A DNA stretch of 64,000 nt from the IMG/VR virus record IMGVR_UViG_3300042554_001750. One strand, given 5' to 3'. Both the position numbers and the translations under genes were made by a program. Below are positions 54,162 through 63,181 of this stretch, piece after piece. Source of the DNA: a virus. Taxonomy: Duplodnaviria > Caudoviricetes. Within the stretch, counting starts at the first letter, position 1, and each line of letters opens with the position of its first letter. The notes beneath the pieces were generated by a model that was not told where the DNA came from, did not search any database, and was given only the letters and a program-made list of their open reading frames with translations.

Positions 54162-54190
54162 ATTATAGACCCAAACCCATTTATTGTCAA
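54162..54190 (-). promoter_or_regulatory. Early promoter with CATAGACAGTT leader
   Basis: TTGACAATAAAT-17-TATAAT; leader at 54146-54156. Confidence 0.85.
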
Positions 54191-54208
54191 CCTTTTCCGT
54201 ACCCGTGG

Positions 54209-54231
54209 AAAAGCCCCTTTCGGGGCATTTT
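54209..54231. terminator. Intrinsic terminator
   Basis: GCCCC-TTTC-GGGGC flanked by A and T runs. Confidence 0.75.
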
Positions 54232-54236
54232 ATGTA

Positions 54237-54506
54237 TTACTTTTTGTTGGTTTGATTAACAAAAGCATACATCTTTTCGGCGGTTTCCAAAACTTTGTCT
54301 AGACCTGGAAACTCTGGCATAGAAACTGTACTAACAAGTTGTCCACTTTTTTCATCACGCTTGGCGCTCATTTCCCAACCGTGAAACTTCATACTGTATT
54401 CGCTTTGAACCATGTCCTTAGCCATTGCTAGGATATCGGCACGAATCTCGTAACCGTTCTTATTGAACTTGACTTCTGGCAGTCCGGGTAGCTTATTTTC
54501 ACTCAT
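54237..54506 (-). CDS. Hypothetical protein
   Basis: NGYEIRADILAMAK..VLETAEKMYAFV; AAAGGAG RBS. Confidence 0.65.
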   Translation of the reverse strand: MSENKLPGLPEVKFNKNGYEIRADILAMAKDMVQSEYSMKFHGWEMSAKRDEKSGQLVSTVSMPEFPGLDKVLETAEKMYAFVNQTNKK

Positions 54507-54715
54507 GTACTTCTCCTTTGTGTGTATGTGTGATATTACTTCTTTTCTTGTTCTTTGTCAACAGGTTGATTAAATTTTTCTGGGTAATTTAACCTTTCCC
54601 ATTCTTCATCACTAACTGGCCACCAATTAGTAATACTTGTTTTGATTTGAGTTGCGATATTCATTTATAGCCTCCGCCCATGCAACAAGGAAGTCATAAA
54701 ATCCTTTTAAAAATT

Positions 54716-54910
54716 TCATAAAAAATTCCTTTCTTGTTTTCTTTGAAAATCAATCGCATATCTTTCAACATCACCTGGAGTTTGTGGATTACGGTTGATA
54801 ATATAATTTTCTAATTCTTTTCCATATGTTGTTTCTCTAAACATACCTACCATGCTTATGAAAATTCCAGCCAAGGCAAGTACTATAGAAACTACTAAAG
54901 CACCTAACAT
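54716..54910 (-). CDS. Small membrane protein
   Basis: MLGALVVSIVL..LENYIINRNPQTPGDVE. Confidence 0.5.
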   Translation of the reverse strand: MLGALVVSIVLALAGIFISMVGMFRETTYGKELENYIINRNPQTPGDVERYAIDFQRKQERNFL

Positions 54911-54911
54911 T

Positions 54912-55181
54912 TTATTTTCCCTTCTTTTTGCTAATAGCAGGAACAAAGGAATTGAAGCTATTGGTCATCTCATCAAAGAATTCTTTGCTTGCAAAGATCA
55001 TTCCCAATGATGTGGCTGCAGTTGTTCCTGCTGATATCGCAGATTTTGTATATGAGGTTTGTGTGTCAACGAATTGATTTAACGCTCTTGCGATGCCTTC
55101 GTGTGAAACAAAGGTGTTGACAAAATTCTTTTTGGATGTTTGAACCGCATCAATGGCGGCATCTGTAAATGTGTTAAACAT
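54912..55181 (-). CDS. Phasin-like amphipathic protein (tentative)
   Basis: Helical Ala/Thr-rich MFNTFTDAAIDAVQTSKKNFVNTF..; AAGGAG RBS. Confidence 0.4.
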   Translation of the reverse strand: MFNTFTDAAIDAVQTSKKNFVNTFVSHEGIARALNQFVDTQTSYTKSAISAGTTAATSLGMIFASKEFFDEMTNSFNSFVPAISKKKGK

Positions 55182-55255
55182 GTGTGTCTCCTTGTGTGTA
55201 TGTGTTTTAACATTAGTATTTATACTAATATATTGACGCAAAATATTTAGATATA

Positions 55256-55280
55256 AAAAGTGGGGACTAGCCCCACTTTT
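55256..55280. terminator. Bidirectional terminator-like hairpin
   Basis: AAAAGTGGGG-ACTAG-CCCCACTTTT. Confidence 0.75.
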
Positions 55281-55527
55281 CTTCATACCTCTTTAGTGCC
55301 ATTTGTCTTGCAAACCAAAGTCTGAATTTTACATAGTCACTAAGTTCTTCGTCATCATCAACAGGAATAAATCTGAAATCCTGAGGTCTTCTAGAATAAC
55401 CAACATAAATGTCGTCATCGTAAACTTCTATTTCTACTGGATCATATCCCTGAAGTAATAATGTGAACCGATGAGGATTACTTCTTAGGAGCCTCGGCTT
55501 TAGGGGCTTCCTTTTTAGCAGGCTCAC
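55267..55527 (-). CDS. Hypothetical protein
   Basis: 86-aa ORF. Confidence 0.45.
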   Translation of the reverse strand: MSLLKRKPLKPRLLRSNPHRFTLLLQGYDPVEIEVYDDDIYVGYSRRPQDFRFIPVDDDEELSDYVKFRLWFARQMALKRYEEKWG

Positions 55528-55708
55528 TTTTGGTGGCGTCAGCAGGCTTGGCTTCTTCCTTCTTCTTAGCCAACTTCATTTCAGGCTTCTTTTCTTCAGC
55601 CTTGGCAGGAGCTGCGGCTGCAGGCTTAACTTCTTCTTTCTTTGCAGGTTCTGCGGCAAAAGCAGAAACAGCGAAAAGACCAGCGATCATAGTTGCGATA
55701 AGTTTCAT
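55478..55708 (-). CDS. Exported Ala/Lys/Pro/Glu low-complexity protein
   Basis: Signal peptide ending AFA; AEPAKK repeats. Confidence 0.65.
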   Translation of the reverse strand: MKLIATMIAGLFAVSAFAAEPAKKEEVKPAAAAPAKAEEKKPEMKLAKKKEEAKPADATKSEPAKKEAPKAEAPKK

Positions 55709-55815
55709 GTTAATTTCCTTTTTAAAAACACAGAACATAATTGTTACTGTGTACATATATAACGCTTGAACTATCAAACCAGTTTACAACTAATTACCCA
55801 AATACTAAATACTCT

Positions 55816-56304
55816 ATGATTTATATTTCTTATCTAGGTGTTTACGACGGACAAAACTTTGAGAAGGCTAATACGCCTAATCAGATCGGTACAGCGATTA
55901 CCTCAGGATTCTCTTGTATGATAAATGTTTGGAGAATTGGCGGCAATGTTTGTGTGGGTACTCAAAACAATCCTATCGTAGTGCCCGAACGGTCTATACA
56001 AGGCCCCAGGTATATTATAAATGCTATGAATACAGATATGCAGAATTGGCTACAAACACAGCCTAGTAAATTGTATCCATCATATTTTTGGTTCCCTACC
56101 GCAATGGAGAACACAAATGTTGTTACTAGTAACAACAAGATTATAACCCCGGGTACAGTCCCAGTCAATAATACCAGTATTATGTTCTTACCTGAAATAA
56201 CTGATCGTGGATTGTTAAGTACCGTAAAGTTGCGTTGTTTCGGGGTTATCAGTAACTATCTGACTTTCATCAAACGAATGCGTAATGAAGGTACTTGGTA
56301 CTAA
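55816..56304 (+). CDS. Degenerate glycerophosphodiester phosphodiesterase-like protein
   Basis: ISYLG...NT..I..A...GF.C.INVW pattern, where GDPD-like proteins have HRG and ExD. Confidence 0.45.
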   Translation: MIYISYLGVYDGQNFEKANTPNQIGTAITSGFSCMINVWRIGGNVCVGTQNNPIVVPERSIQGPRYIINAMNTDMQNWLQTQPSKLYPSYFWFPTAMENTNVVTSNNKIITPGTVPVNNTSIMFLPEITDRGLLSTVKLRCFGVISNYLTFIKRMRNEGTWY

Positions 56305-56458
56305 CCGCCCCTACCACTTCTTCTAACTACAGTTGCACCTCCAAAGCCTTTATTAGGTTTCGGTGCTTTACTTTGTTTTTGGTTATTGAATGGATTAGCA
56401 TTCTTTTTTGCGGCATTGGCCATATTAATGAATGGGTTTTTGCTTTTCTTTTCTTCTG

Positions 56459-56863
56459 TCATCTTCTTTCCTTTACTGAATCTAAGTATTCATGGATCGT
56501 TCCGTATAATTTAACTAGCATAGAAGTTTTGCTGTCATACAGTCTTATATAAGCTGATTTGTTTCCGTTGTCTAATTTTTTAACTCCCAAATAATAAGGA
56601 CATTTCAACTTTCTTGTAAGTTCAGCAAGCACAATATAATAACTTTTTTTGTCCTGTCTAAAGTCGTGGTCATAGTATTCAATATTAGCCAACTCAAAAG
56701 CAACAACGCCTTCGTCTGTTAAACGAAGGCCTTCTTGTCTGCCCGTAAACCAAAGCTTAAATATTACTTGGTCAATTGGTAATTCATGGTAAATGCTGGG
56801 ATGATGAATCTCAGAAAGTATTGCCTCTGTGATTTGTTGCTTGATTGATTTAGGATTGCTCAT
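56459..56863 (-). CDS. Hypothetical protein
   Basis: 134-aa ORF. Confidence 0.6.
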   Translation of the reverse strand: MSNPKSIKQQITEAILSEIHHPSIYHELPIDQVIFKLWFTGRQEGLRLTDEGVVAFELANIEYYDHDFRQDKKSYYIVLAELTRKLKCPYYLGVKKLDNGNKSAYIRLYDSKTSMLVKLYGTIHEYLDSVKERR

Positions 56864-57149
56864 CGGGGTAAACTGTAGTACCCGTGTTCATAAAGACTAC
56901 AGCAAATTTATTTGTTTTAAACTGTGCGTTTAATTTCCTACATAAATTTCTAGCATGTCCAGGATTACTAAAGCTAGTCTTTTTATACTTAGGTGTGCTT
57001 TCATTATCTAAGTAATGTTGACTTTTTAGATTAATAGGCTGGCCATCGTAGAATACTGCCCAAATGCCAGAAGCTTCAACAATCTGATCACATTTGTAAG
57101 TTTTCTTATCTACGATTTCAAGCAAAACCTTTGGTTGCGTCCTACTCAT
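56850..57149 (-). CDS. Conserved phage hypothetical protein
   Basis: MSRTQPKVLLE..KYKKTSFSNPGHA. Confidence 0.65.
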   Translation of the reverse strand: MSRTQPKVLLEIVDKKTYKCDQIVEASGIWAVFYDGQPINLKSQHYLDNESTPKYKKTSFSNPGHARNLCRKLNAQFKTNKFAVVFMNTGTTVYPDEQS

Positions 57150-57352
57150 CTAAAAGTGCCACCCTTCAATTCAATTTTAATAACAGGTTCTTCAACGGGT
57201 TTCTTTTCCTGAGACTGTGTGTAACAGTCTGCTAATATTTTAGTCAGTTCGTCCCTCAACCCTCTGGCTTCAGAGATGGGAATAACGAAATCTTTACTTT
57301 GTTTACTTTCTAATAATGAAACCCGATCTATGAACCTTTTAATGTATATCAT
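57146..57352 (-). CDS. Hypothetical protein
   Basis: 68-aa ORF; GATAAATA box upstream. Confidence 0.55.
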   Translation of the reverse strand: MIYIKRFIDRVSLLESKQSKDFVIPISEARGLRDELTKILADCYTQSQEKKPVEEPVIKIELKGGTFR

Positions 57353-57804
57353 AGACTATTTATCATAGCGTTTGCTTCGGTTTCAGATTTGTAGGGACCG
57401 ATATAGGGATATCTTTGTATAAAGATGTATTTTGGACAAAAAATGACTTGATTTTGTCCATTTTGATTGATTACATAATATCCGGCTGCGTAATAACACT
57501 TACTTTTTTGCGTTTTTGTATACAAATGCAGTTTGCGCTTAACATCAAACATGCTATTGTATACCTTTGCTGTAGTTGGATAAATCGCAAAAGGTAACTG
57601 TATTTTAGTCTTGTTTGTTTTTAAAGTTTGAAATTCAATTTTAGTTTTGCGTCTAAGGTCAGATGTATTTTTGTAGTGAACATTTGTTCCGTTTAGCTTT
57701 ACATTGAACCCGGACCCCTCAGCAATTACATTACCGACCTTTTTATCTCCGTCGGTAACTACCCAATATTGATCTTTAACAATAGGTTTGGCTGTCAATG
57801 TCAT
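57349..57804 (-). CDS. Hypothetical protein
   Basis: 151-aa ORF. Confidence 0.6.
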   Translation of the reverse strand: MTLTAKPIVKDQYWVVTDGDKKVGNVIAEGSGFNVKLNGTNVHYKNTSDLRRKTKIEFQTLKTNKTKIQLPFAIYPTTAKVYNSMFDVKRKLHLYTKTQKSKCYYAAGYYVINQNGQNQVIFCPKYIFIQRYPYIGPYKSETEANAMINSL

Positions 57805-57988
57805 TTTTTATCTCCATATATGGTGCAATATTATTATCAAAAATTTGTGCCATAGTTTGCCACAAACCTTTTCGTTCTTTATCTGTCATGCCCGCCACCC
57901 ACGGCGGATCGTCATCACTGCGGGTAAGTCCGTAGTCATGACGGTAAGTATAACACATATTTGTAATTATTTCATCCCTTGTTTTCAT
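57776..57988 (-). CDS. Hypothetical protein
   Basis: 70-aa ORF. Confidence 0.55.
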   Translation of the reverse strand: MKTRDEIITNMCYTYRHDYGLTRSDDDPPWVAGMTDKERKGLWQTMAQIFDNNIAPYMEIKNDIDSQTYC

Positions 57989-58451
57989 CTTTTGTCAATT
58001 CACAAACAAGTAAGAAATGTTCATAGGCTTTCTTCACACTAGGATTAGTCATAAGTTTTTCTGCCTCTGTAATCATTGCCCTTACACCTGCGTCAACATG
58101 GTCACGTGTGCTACCATAGGTCAATGAACATAGTTCATCGCCCATTTCTTTAGCAAGTTTTTTCCATGCTTTATGTTGTGCTTCGGTAATTGGCTTACGC
58201 ATGGGGCGAGCCTCACTAGCTTTAACCATAGCACTACAAATAGCATCCTCAGCAACACGACCCGCGGCAATTAATGGTGCATATTCAATTTCAACATTGT
58301 AGCGAGTGCTTTGTCCGCCGGGATAAACCATAACTAGATGAGCACCTTTGGGCATGGCATCCATGAGTGTTTGGTCATACTCATAGACGGGCTTGTAACG
58401 CCGACCAACCTTTTCATAGAAAATCTTTTTCATTTTGAAAATTCTTCCCAA
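57972..58451 (-). CDS. Hypothetical protein
   Basis: 159-aa ORF. Confidence 0.6.
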   Translation of the reverse strand: MGRIFKMKKIFYEKVGRRYKPVYEYDQTLMDAMPKGAHLVMVYPGGQSTRYNVEIEYAPLIAAGRVAEDAICSAMVKASEARPMRKPITEAQHKAWKKLAKEMGDELCSLTYGSTRDHVDAGVRAMITEAEKLMTNPSVKKAYEHFLLVCELTKDENKG

Positions 58452-58657
58452 AACAATTCATTATCTCTAACTGTTGCTACAGGCTTTAACCAGCCATAGT
58501 TAATGCATTCTTGAATAATTGATCTATATTCTTTTGGACAACTATTACTAATTTCAAACCCTGCTCTAGGCGCCGTGACCATACCATCAGTTAACATCCA
58601 TTTGGAATCGCCTTGCTTGACAGTACGCAATGATGTTTGCCTAGTAGTGAAACTCAT
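58430..58657 (-). CDS. Hypothetical protein
   Basis: 75-aa ORF. Confidence 0.55.
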   Translation of the reverse strand: MSFTTRQTSLRTVKQGDSKWMLTDGMVTAPRAGFEISNSCPKEYRSIIQECINYGWLKPVATVRDNELFWEEFSK

Positions 58658-58884
58658 TTTTTCAATTCTTCAAACACAAGTTGTTTTGCCTTATGCACAA
58701 GCATTTCTTCTTCTTTTTCTAGTATGTGAGGAGCCATCATTGTGACATATTCTAATACTGCTTGTTGGCCTTTTTCGGTTAGTTTATTATACTTGGAATC
58801 AATGGTACTAACATAATAAAGGTCTTTATCCTGTAGTATTTCCATCACGCCTGCACTAAACTGTTTCTTAAGCAGGTTGTCCAT
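58654..58884 (-). CDS. Hypothetical protein
   Basis: Likely ATG at 58884. Confidence 0.55.
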   Translation of the reverse strand: MDNLLKKQFSAGVMEILQDKDLYYVSTIDSKYNKLTEKGQQAVLEYVTMMAPHILEKEEEMLVHKAKQLVFEELKK

Positions 58885-59878
58885 GTAGTTCCCCTTTATA
58901 AGGAGCATTAAGCCACTTAGCATAAGCCTCAGCGTTTTCACTGATTTTGTTAAGTTCATATTTGCCACAGAATTTCATAAAGTGAACACCAACTTGGGGT
59001 GTAGTAGTAACACGCACCCCTGTACGAATAGATTCATCAACTTTATCTTTGATATCTTGAGGTTGTGCAGTCAAGTCAATCAATGTACGGTTACGCTCGT
59101 AACAATCACGCACCCGATGTTCTTCGCCATTGTGGTCTACCCATCGTTGTAGCATCATGTTGTTCCAATTAAAGCCTTGCTTGTTGCGGTCAGCGTAAGC
59201 CTCAATCAATCCAACCTTGTTTTTGCTACCCTTTTCACGCACACCGGGATATGCACTAAACACATTGTCGGTACTATCACCACGCATACACTTTTTGAAC
59301 AACAGGTATTGAGGATCCTCAAGTAACTTGTGTTCTTTAGTCTTTTTGTCTAGTACCGGTTTTCCATTATCCTTGAAGTATCCGTCAAGTTTGATGAGTT
59401 CGTTGGATACGCCGTTGTATTGGAACACGTGTTCAGCAATAAGCTGAACGTAATCAGTATCAGAAGAAATAATGTAGTGCGAGTCATTGGGATGTAGATG
59501 AATAAAACGGGCAATCAAATCATCTGCCTCAGCGTTAGGTTCACGCAGTACAGATACATTGGTCTTTTCACGCAAGTAATTGGTAAACATTTCGTATGTT
59601 TCCCAAAACATCTTATTTTCTTCAATCTCGGCATCAGTCATTGCCGTTTCATCAAGTTTACGATTAGCCTTGTATGGCTTGTAATAATCTTTACGCCATG
59701 ACCTTCCCTCTAAGCAGAATACCACATGGTCAATTTTATGTGTGCGTACAATTTGATTTACACTTGCCAGTGTAAGATGTAATGCCATACCAATCTTTTC
59801 CCATGTATCCGAGTTGCGGCTTGCAACATGTCGGGCACGGAAGAATGTATTGGCTGTGTCAATGAGTGCGTAATTCAT
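58868..59878 (-). CDS. rnh: T4-type RNase H / 5'-3' exonuclease (FEN family)
   Basis: LIDTAN, WRKDYY..YKANR, EADDLIA, SSDTDYVQL, GDSTDNV. Confidence 0.88.
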   Translation of the reverse strand: MNYALIDTANTFFRARHVASRNSDTWEKIGMALHLTLASVNQIVRTHKIDHVVFCLEGRSWRKDYYKPYKANRKLDETAMTDAEIEENKMFWETYEMFTNYLREKTNVSVLREPNAEADDLIARFIHLHPNDSHYIISSDTDYVQLIAEHVFQYNGVSNELIKLDGYFKDNGKPVLDKKTKEHKLLEDPQYLLFKKCMRGDSTDNVFSAYPGVREKGSKNKVGLIEAYADRNKQGFNWNNMMLQRWVDHNGEEHRVRDCYERNRTLIDLTAQPQDIKDKVDESIRTGVRVTTTPQVGVHFMKFCGKYELNKISENAEAYAKWLNAPYKGELHGQPA

Positions 59879-59913
59879 GTATGGGATAATATATAGTTGA
59901 ATAATATGCGCTT

Positions 59914-59942
59914 ATTATACGCATATTATTCAATTTTGTCAA
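59914..59942 (-). promoter_or_regulatory. Early promoter
   Basis: TTGACA-17-TATAAT. Confidence 0.75.
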
Positions 59943-59943
59943 C

Positions 59944-60366
59944 CTATACTAATTCCAAATACTTATCGGGAAAGTTTTTAATACCTTCCTCAATAGTTTT
60001 AGCATTGTATCTAGTAATGGGCAAGAAAGTCTTTTTCAATCTTAGGAGTTTAAGTGGGTGACACTTAATCCTATCCTCAACCAAATTCTGAATATACTTG
60101 ACATTGATATGAATGTGTTTGGGATCTACATATTCACTGGGCGTACGGTTACCTTGTGGATTTTCTAAATAAGGGAAAAGTTCCCTTTTCACATAATGCT
60201 CACAATTTTTAACGTGTTCATCGTACCCTTCTCTCGCAACGTAGATAGAGTGAAAAGATGGATTGTTATTTCCTTTATCGTAGGATTTAATGCGTGAACT
60301 AATCTTATGTGTAATACCCGGCTTTAGTTTACTGTATACCTCTGCAATGTACAAAAATTGACTCAT
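59944..60366 (-). CDS. GIY-YIG/T5orf172-like protein (tentative)
   Basis: FLYIAE..LKPGIT..SRIKSY..E. Confidence 0.4.
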   Translation of the reverse strand: MSQFLYIAEVYSKLKPGITHKISSRIKSYDKGNNNPSFHSIYVAREGYDEHVKNCEHYVKRELFPYLENPQGNRTPSEYVDPKHIHINVKYIQNLVEDRIKCHPLKLLRLKKTFLPITRYNAKTIEEGIKNFPDKYLELV

Positions 60367-61559
60367 TTGAACAACTCCCTTTTTTCCTTACTGAGACATT
60401 GGAACATTGTCTTACCTTGCTCACAGTAACGACTGGTCAAACTTGTAGGGACATATTGATATGTTCCGCCTGCCTTTTGATAAAGTTGCATCAATAGTAC
60501 CAATGAAGCATCACGGGGGCAACCGCTAGGTCTTTCACCAAATGCCTTTTCATAATAATCAGGATATGCTTTTTGAGTAAGGTTCTTAAATTCAGCATAG
60601 CCACCTGCAACTTCCTTAATAACAGCATTCAAATCTCGCATAAAATCTTTGAATTCTTGTGTTGAAAAGTCAGCACCCTCTTTCAACAATTTTTTACGCA
60701 AGTCTTGGAAGGGCAATACTTCCATGGCATCAAGGGGTTCTTGTGGCCAGTATTTCTTGTGGTTCTCGCCAATGAACTTGATGTCCTCTACTTCTAGCTT
60801 CTTAAGCAGATTAACATCAATAACAGCTCCTGGTTTGAAACGGTCACTACTGTCAGGATGAACAGGAATCAAATCATGCTTTTCAAGCTCGGCTTGCTTA
60901 CGCTCCGCCATGACATATTTTTCTTGTGAACTGTTGTCCAGGCGACTACCGAATACATGAATTTTATGAGTGTCAAAAGGAAGAATAGGAAGTTTATCTT
61001 CACCGTTGATGCCCAAAAAATGTTCACGGGCAAAACTGAAATCACTTGTTTCAACAACTTGACAATTTACTTCTACATCCAAAAAGTCTTGTGGATCAAC
61101 ATCAGGGAACAAGCCTAGCATTGCTCGTACAGCAATAGCAAGTACCGTATGCTGTCCGTCAGTAATATAATATGTATCAGTTCCAGGAATACGAATAACG
61201 TTAACTGTCATGGGCCTGCGTGAATCCCATGTTGTAACGATCCTAATCAAATGATCCCAGTCAATTCGGCGTTGTACTGCCAATGCCGTAAAGAGATTGC
61301 GAATTTTAATTCGCATAAGCTTTGGCATCTGATTATATTTTTGGGGTTTACCTTTTCTGTCTTTCTTATACTCGTCAGACTCAAGGATTTTTTTCAATGC
61401 CTTCAATAGGTCACTATCTTTGAAGTTTTGAATAAGATTGGTAACGCTATTTTGCTCAATGTAACCAGGCTTTTTATCCAGTTCATTTTCTGGAAGATCC
61501 TTTTTAGTTACCTTTTTAGAGTTGGAAACCCATGCGAACTTAAAGTTAGATGTTGCCAT
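60363..61559 (-). CDS. ParB/Srx-like N-terminal domain protein
   Basis: RPMTVNV..YYITDGQHT. Confidence 0.55.
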   Translation of the reverse strand: MATSNFKFAWVSNSKKVTKKDLPENELDKKPGYIEQNSVTNLIQNFKDSDLLKALKKILESDEYKKDRKGKPQKYNQMPKLMRIKIRNLFTALAVQRRIDWDHLIRIVTTWDSRRPMTVNVIRIPGTDTYYITDGQHTVLAIAVRAMLGLFPDVDPQDFLDVEVNCQVVETSDFSFAREHFLGINGEDKLPILPFDTHKIHVFGSRLDNSSQEKYVMAERKQAELEKHDLIPVHPDSSDRFKPGAVIDVNLLKKLEVEDIKFIGENHKKYWPQEPLDAMEVLPFQDLRKKLLKEGADFSTQEFKDFMRDLNAVIKEVAGGYAEFKNLTQKAYPDYYEKAFGERPSGCPRDASLVLLMQLYQKAGGTYQYVPTSLTSRYCEQGKTMFQCLSKEKRELFK

Positions 61560-61662
61560 AATTTTTCCTTTCATTAAATTAAATTAGGCTGTGCAAAGAA
61601 TATTATTCAACGCACAACCTAAGTATACATGAAAAGCTTTTTATTGACAACAAAATGGGTAT

Positions 61663-62100
61663 CTAACTAACCTCTGTACGCCCATTTCCTATATCTCGGG
61701 TTCTTATAACTCGCATGTCCCTGTTATCAGGATCTGCTTGTTGCTGTTCATAAACTTCTAGTGCTACATTCCTACATACAGTTTGGAACCAACGATCAAC
61801 AATTAAAGCCTCGTTGTCATCTTCACGGATTTTGTATCCTGCACGAATCAGATTTAGTACGAACTTATCATTCCAGTCTAGTTCAAATGCACCGTTATTC
61901 ACATCGTTAGGATCAAGTTGGACATGAACAATAGCTACATATGGTTCATTGTTTAATGTAGCTTGTTCTTTGGCTGAAAGCTCAGGTGCTGCTTTCTTCT
62001 CTCTGGGCTTGCGCTCCTTTTTAGGCTTAGGTTCTTCTGCCTTAACAGGCTCGGGTTTTTTAAACCATTGCTTGATTTTGTCTAACATTCTTGGCCTCAA
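61663..62100 (-). CDS. Conserved phage hypothetical protein
   Basis: EPYVAI..GAFELDWND.F. Confidence 0.6.
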   Translation of the reverse strand: MRPRMLDKIKQWFKKPEPVKAEEPKPKKERKPREKKAAPELSAKEQATLNNEPYVAIVHVQLDPNDVNNGAFELDWNDKFVLNLIRAGYKIREDDNEALIVDRWFQTVCRNVALEVYEQQQADPDNRDMRVIRTRDIGNGRTEVS

Positions 62101-63103
62101 ATAGTTTTGTGCTTGCTAGGTTCTTAGCCTTGCTCTCGCACATAATATCAAATTTATCATTGAAAGTCAATGCCCAATTATTAGTAGCATGATTCCAATA
62201 ATAATCACTATGGGCGCGCAATTTTTGCTTGTTGTGTCCCAAATTCATCAATGTTGTCAAAGAAGGTCTTTCATGTGTGGGATGGTCAACCAAAAGGTCT
62301 TCTCTTGAAACAGAATAGTGTATAACAGGGCGAATGCCGCGCCAACTATCAATAACCTTTTGAACCCTAACATCAGATGGTTCAATATACTCCCCGCAAT
62401 TAATCCAGTGGTGATGAATGTCCAAAACGATCGGAACCAAATCGCTAATTTGTAAACATGTGTTAAGATCATGTGTCATTTCCTCGTTTTCAATAGTAAG
62501 TGAATTTCGTGCTTCGGGTGATAAACGTTGATAAGCACGCCTAATACCATCAGGACCTTGCCGACCCGCAATGTGTACATTAATTTTAATGTCTTGAAAT
62601 TGTTTGCCATAACCCATCCAACGGGCCATGTCAACATGGTATTCAAATTCTTTGATACTCTTATTTACTACCTCTTCGCGGTCACTTGCTAGAACAACGA
62701 ATTGGTCAGGATGAAAACTTACACGGACATCATGTTGCCGTGCTGTTTCACCCAATGGTGCAAACCATCGTTCAAGACAATTCTGCACATCCGTACTTTG
62801 CCAAAAGTCTGTGTAATCATCGTGCGTATAGAAACTTAGCATGTCACTTGTGATACGCAACATCCGCTGTCCATGGGGTAGACTAGCAACCTTTTTGATT
62901 AGTGCGTGAGTATTCATGATGTTCTTTTTAGCAACATCAATAATTTTTTCTTCTACCTTATTACGGTTGTTACGGCTGGCCCAAGCTAGTGTTGTACCGC
63001 CCGTGTTAAGACCCTCTACGGAAACTATTTCGCCTTTTTTGTTAATTTCCGCAAACTTACATGCGAAGCCAATACGACGGATAGTAGTGTCAAAAGAATG
63101 CAT
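62060..63103 (-). CDS. uvsE: UV DNA-damage endonuclease (UVDE)
   Basis: IGFACK, MLRITSD, SFHPDQF, IENEE, VLDIHHH, HYS, HSDY, IMCESKAK. Confidence 0.92.
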   Translation of the reverse strand: MHSFDTTIRRIGFACKFAEINKKGEIVSVEGLNTGGTTLAWASRNNRNKVEEKIIDVAKKNIMNTHALIKKVASLPHGQRMLRITSDMLSFYTHDDYTDFWQSTDVQNCLERWFAPLGETARQHDVRVSFHPDQFVVLASDREEVVNKSIKEFEYHVDMARWMGYGKQFQDIKINVHIAGRQGPDGIRRAYQRLSPEARNSLTIENEEMTHDLNTCLQISDLVPIVLDIHHHWINCGEYIEPSDVRVQKVIDSWRGIRPVIHYSVSREDLLVDHPTHERPSLTTLMNLGHNKQKLRAHSDYYWNHATNNWALTFNDKFDIMCESKAKNLASTKLFEAKNVRQNQAMV

Positions 63104-63181
63104 AAGAAAACCCAGATTGATAAATAATAGATATAGTGTAGCATAGTTACGCAATAAAGTCAACTATTTACGGAAACCAAT

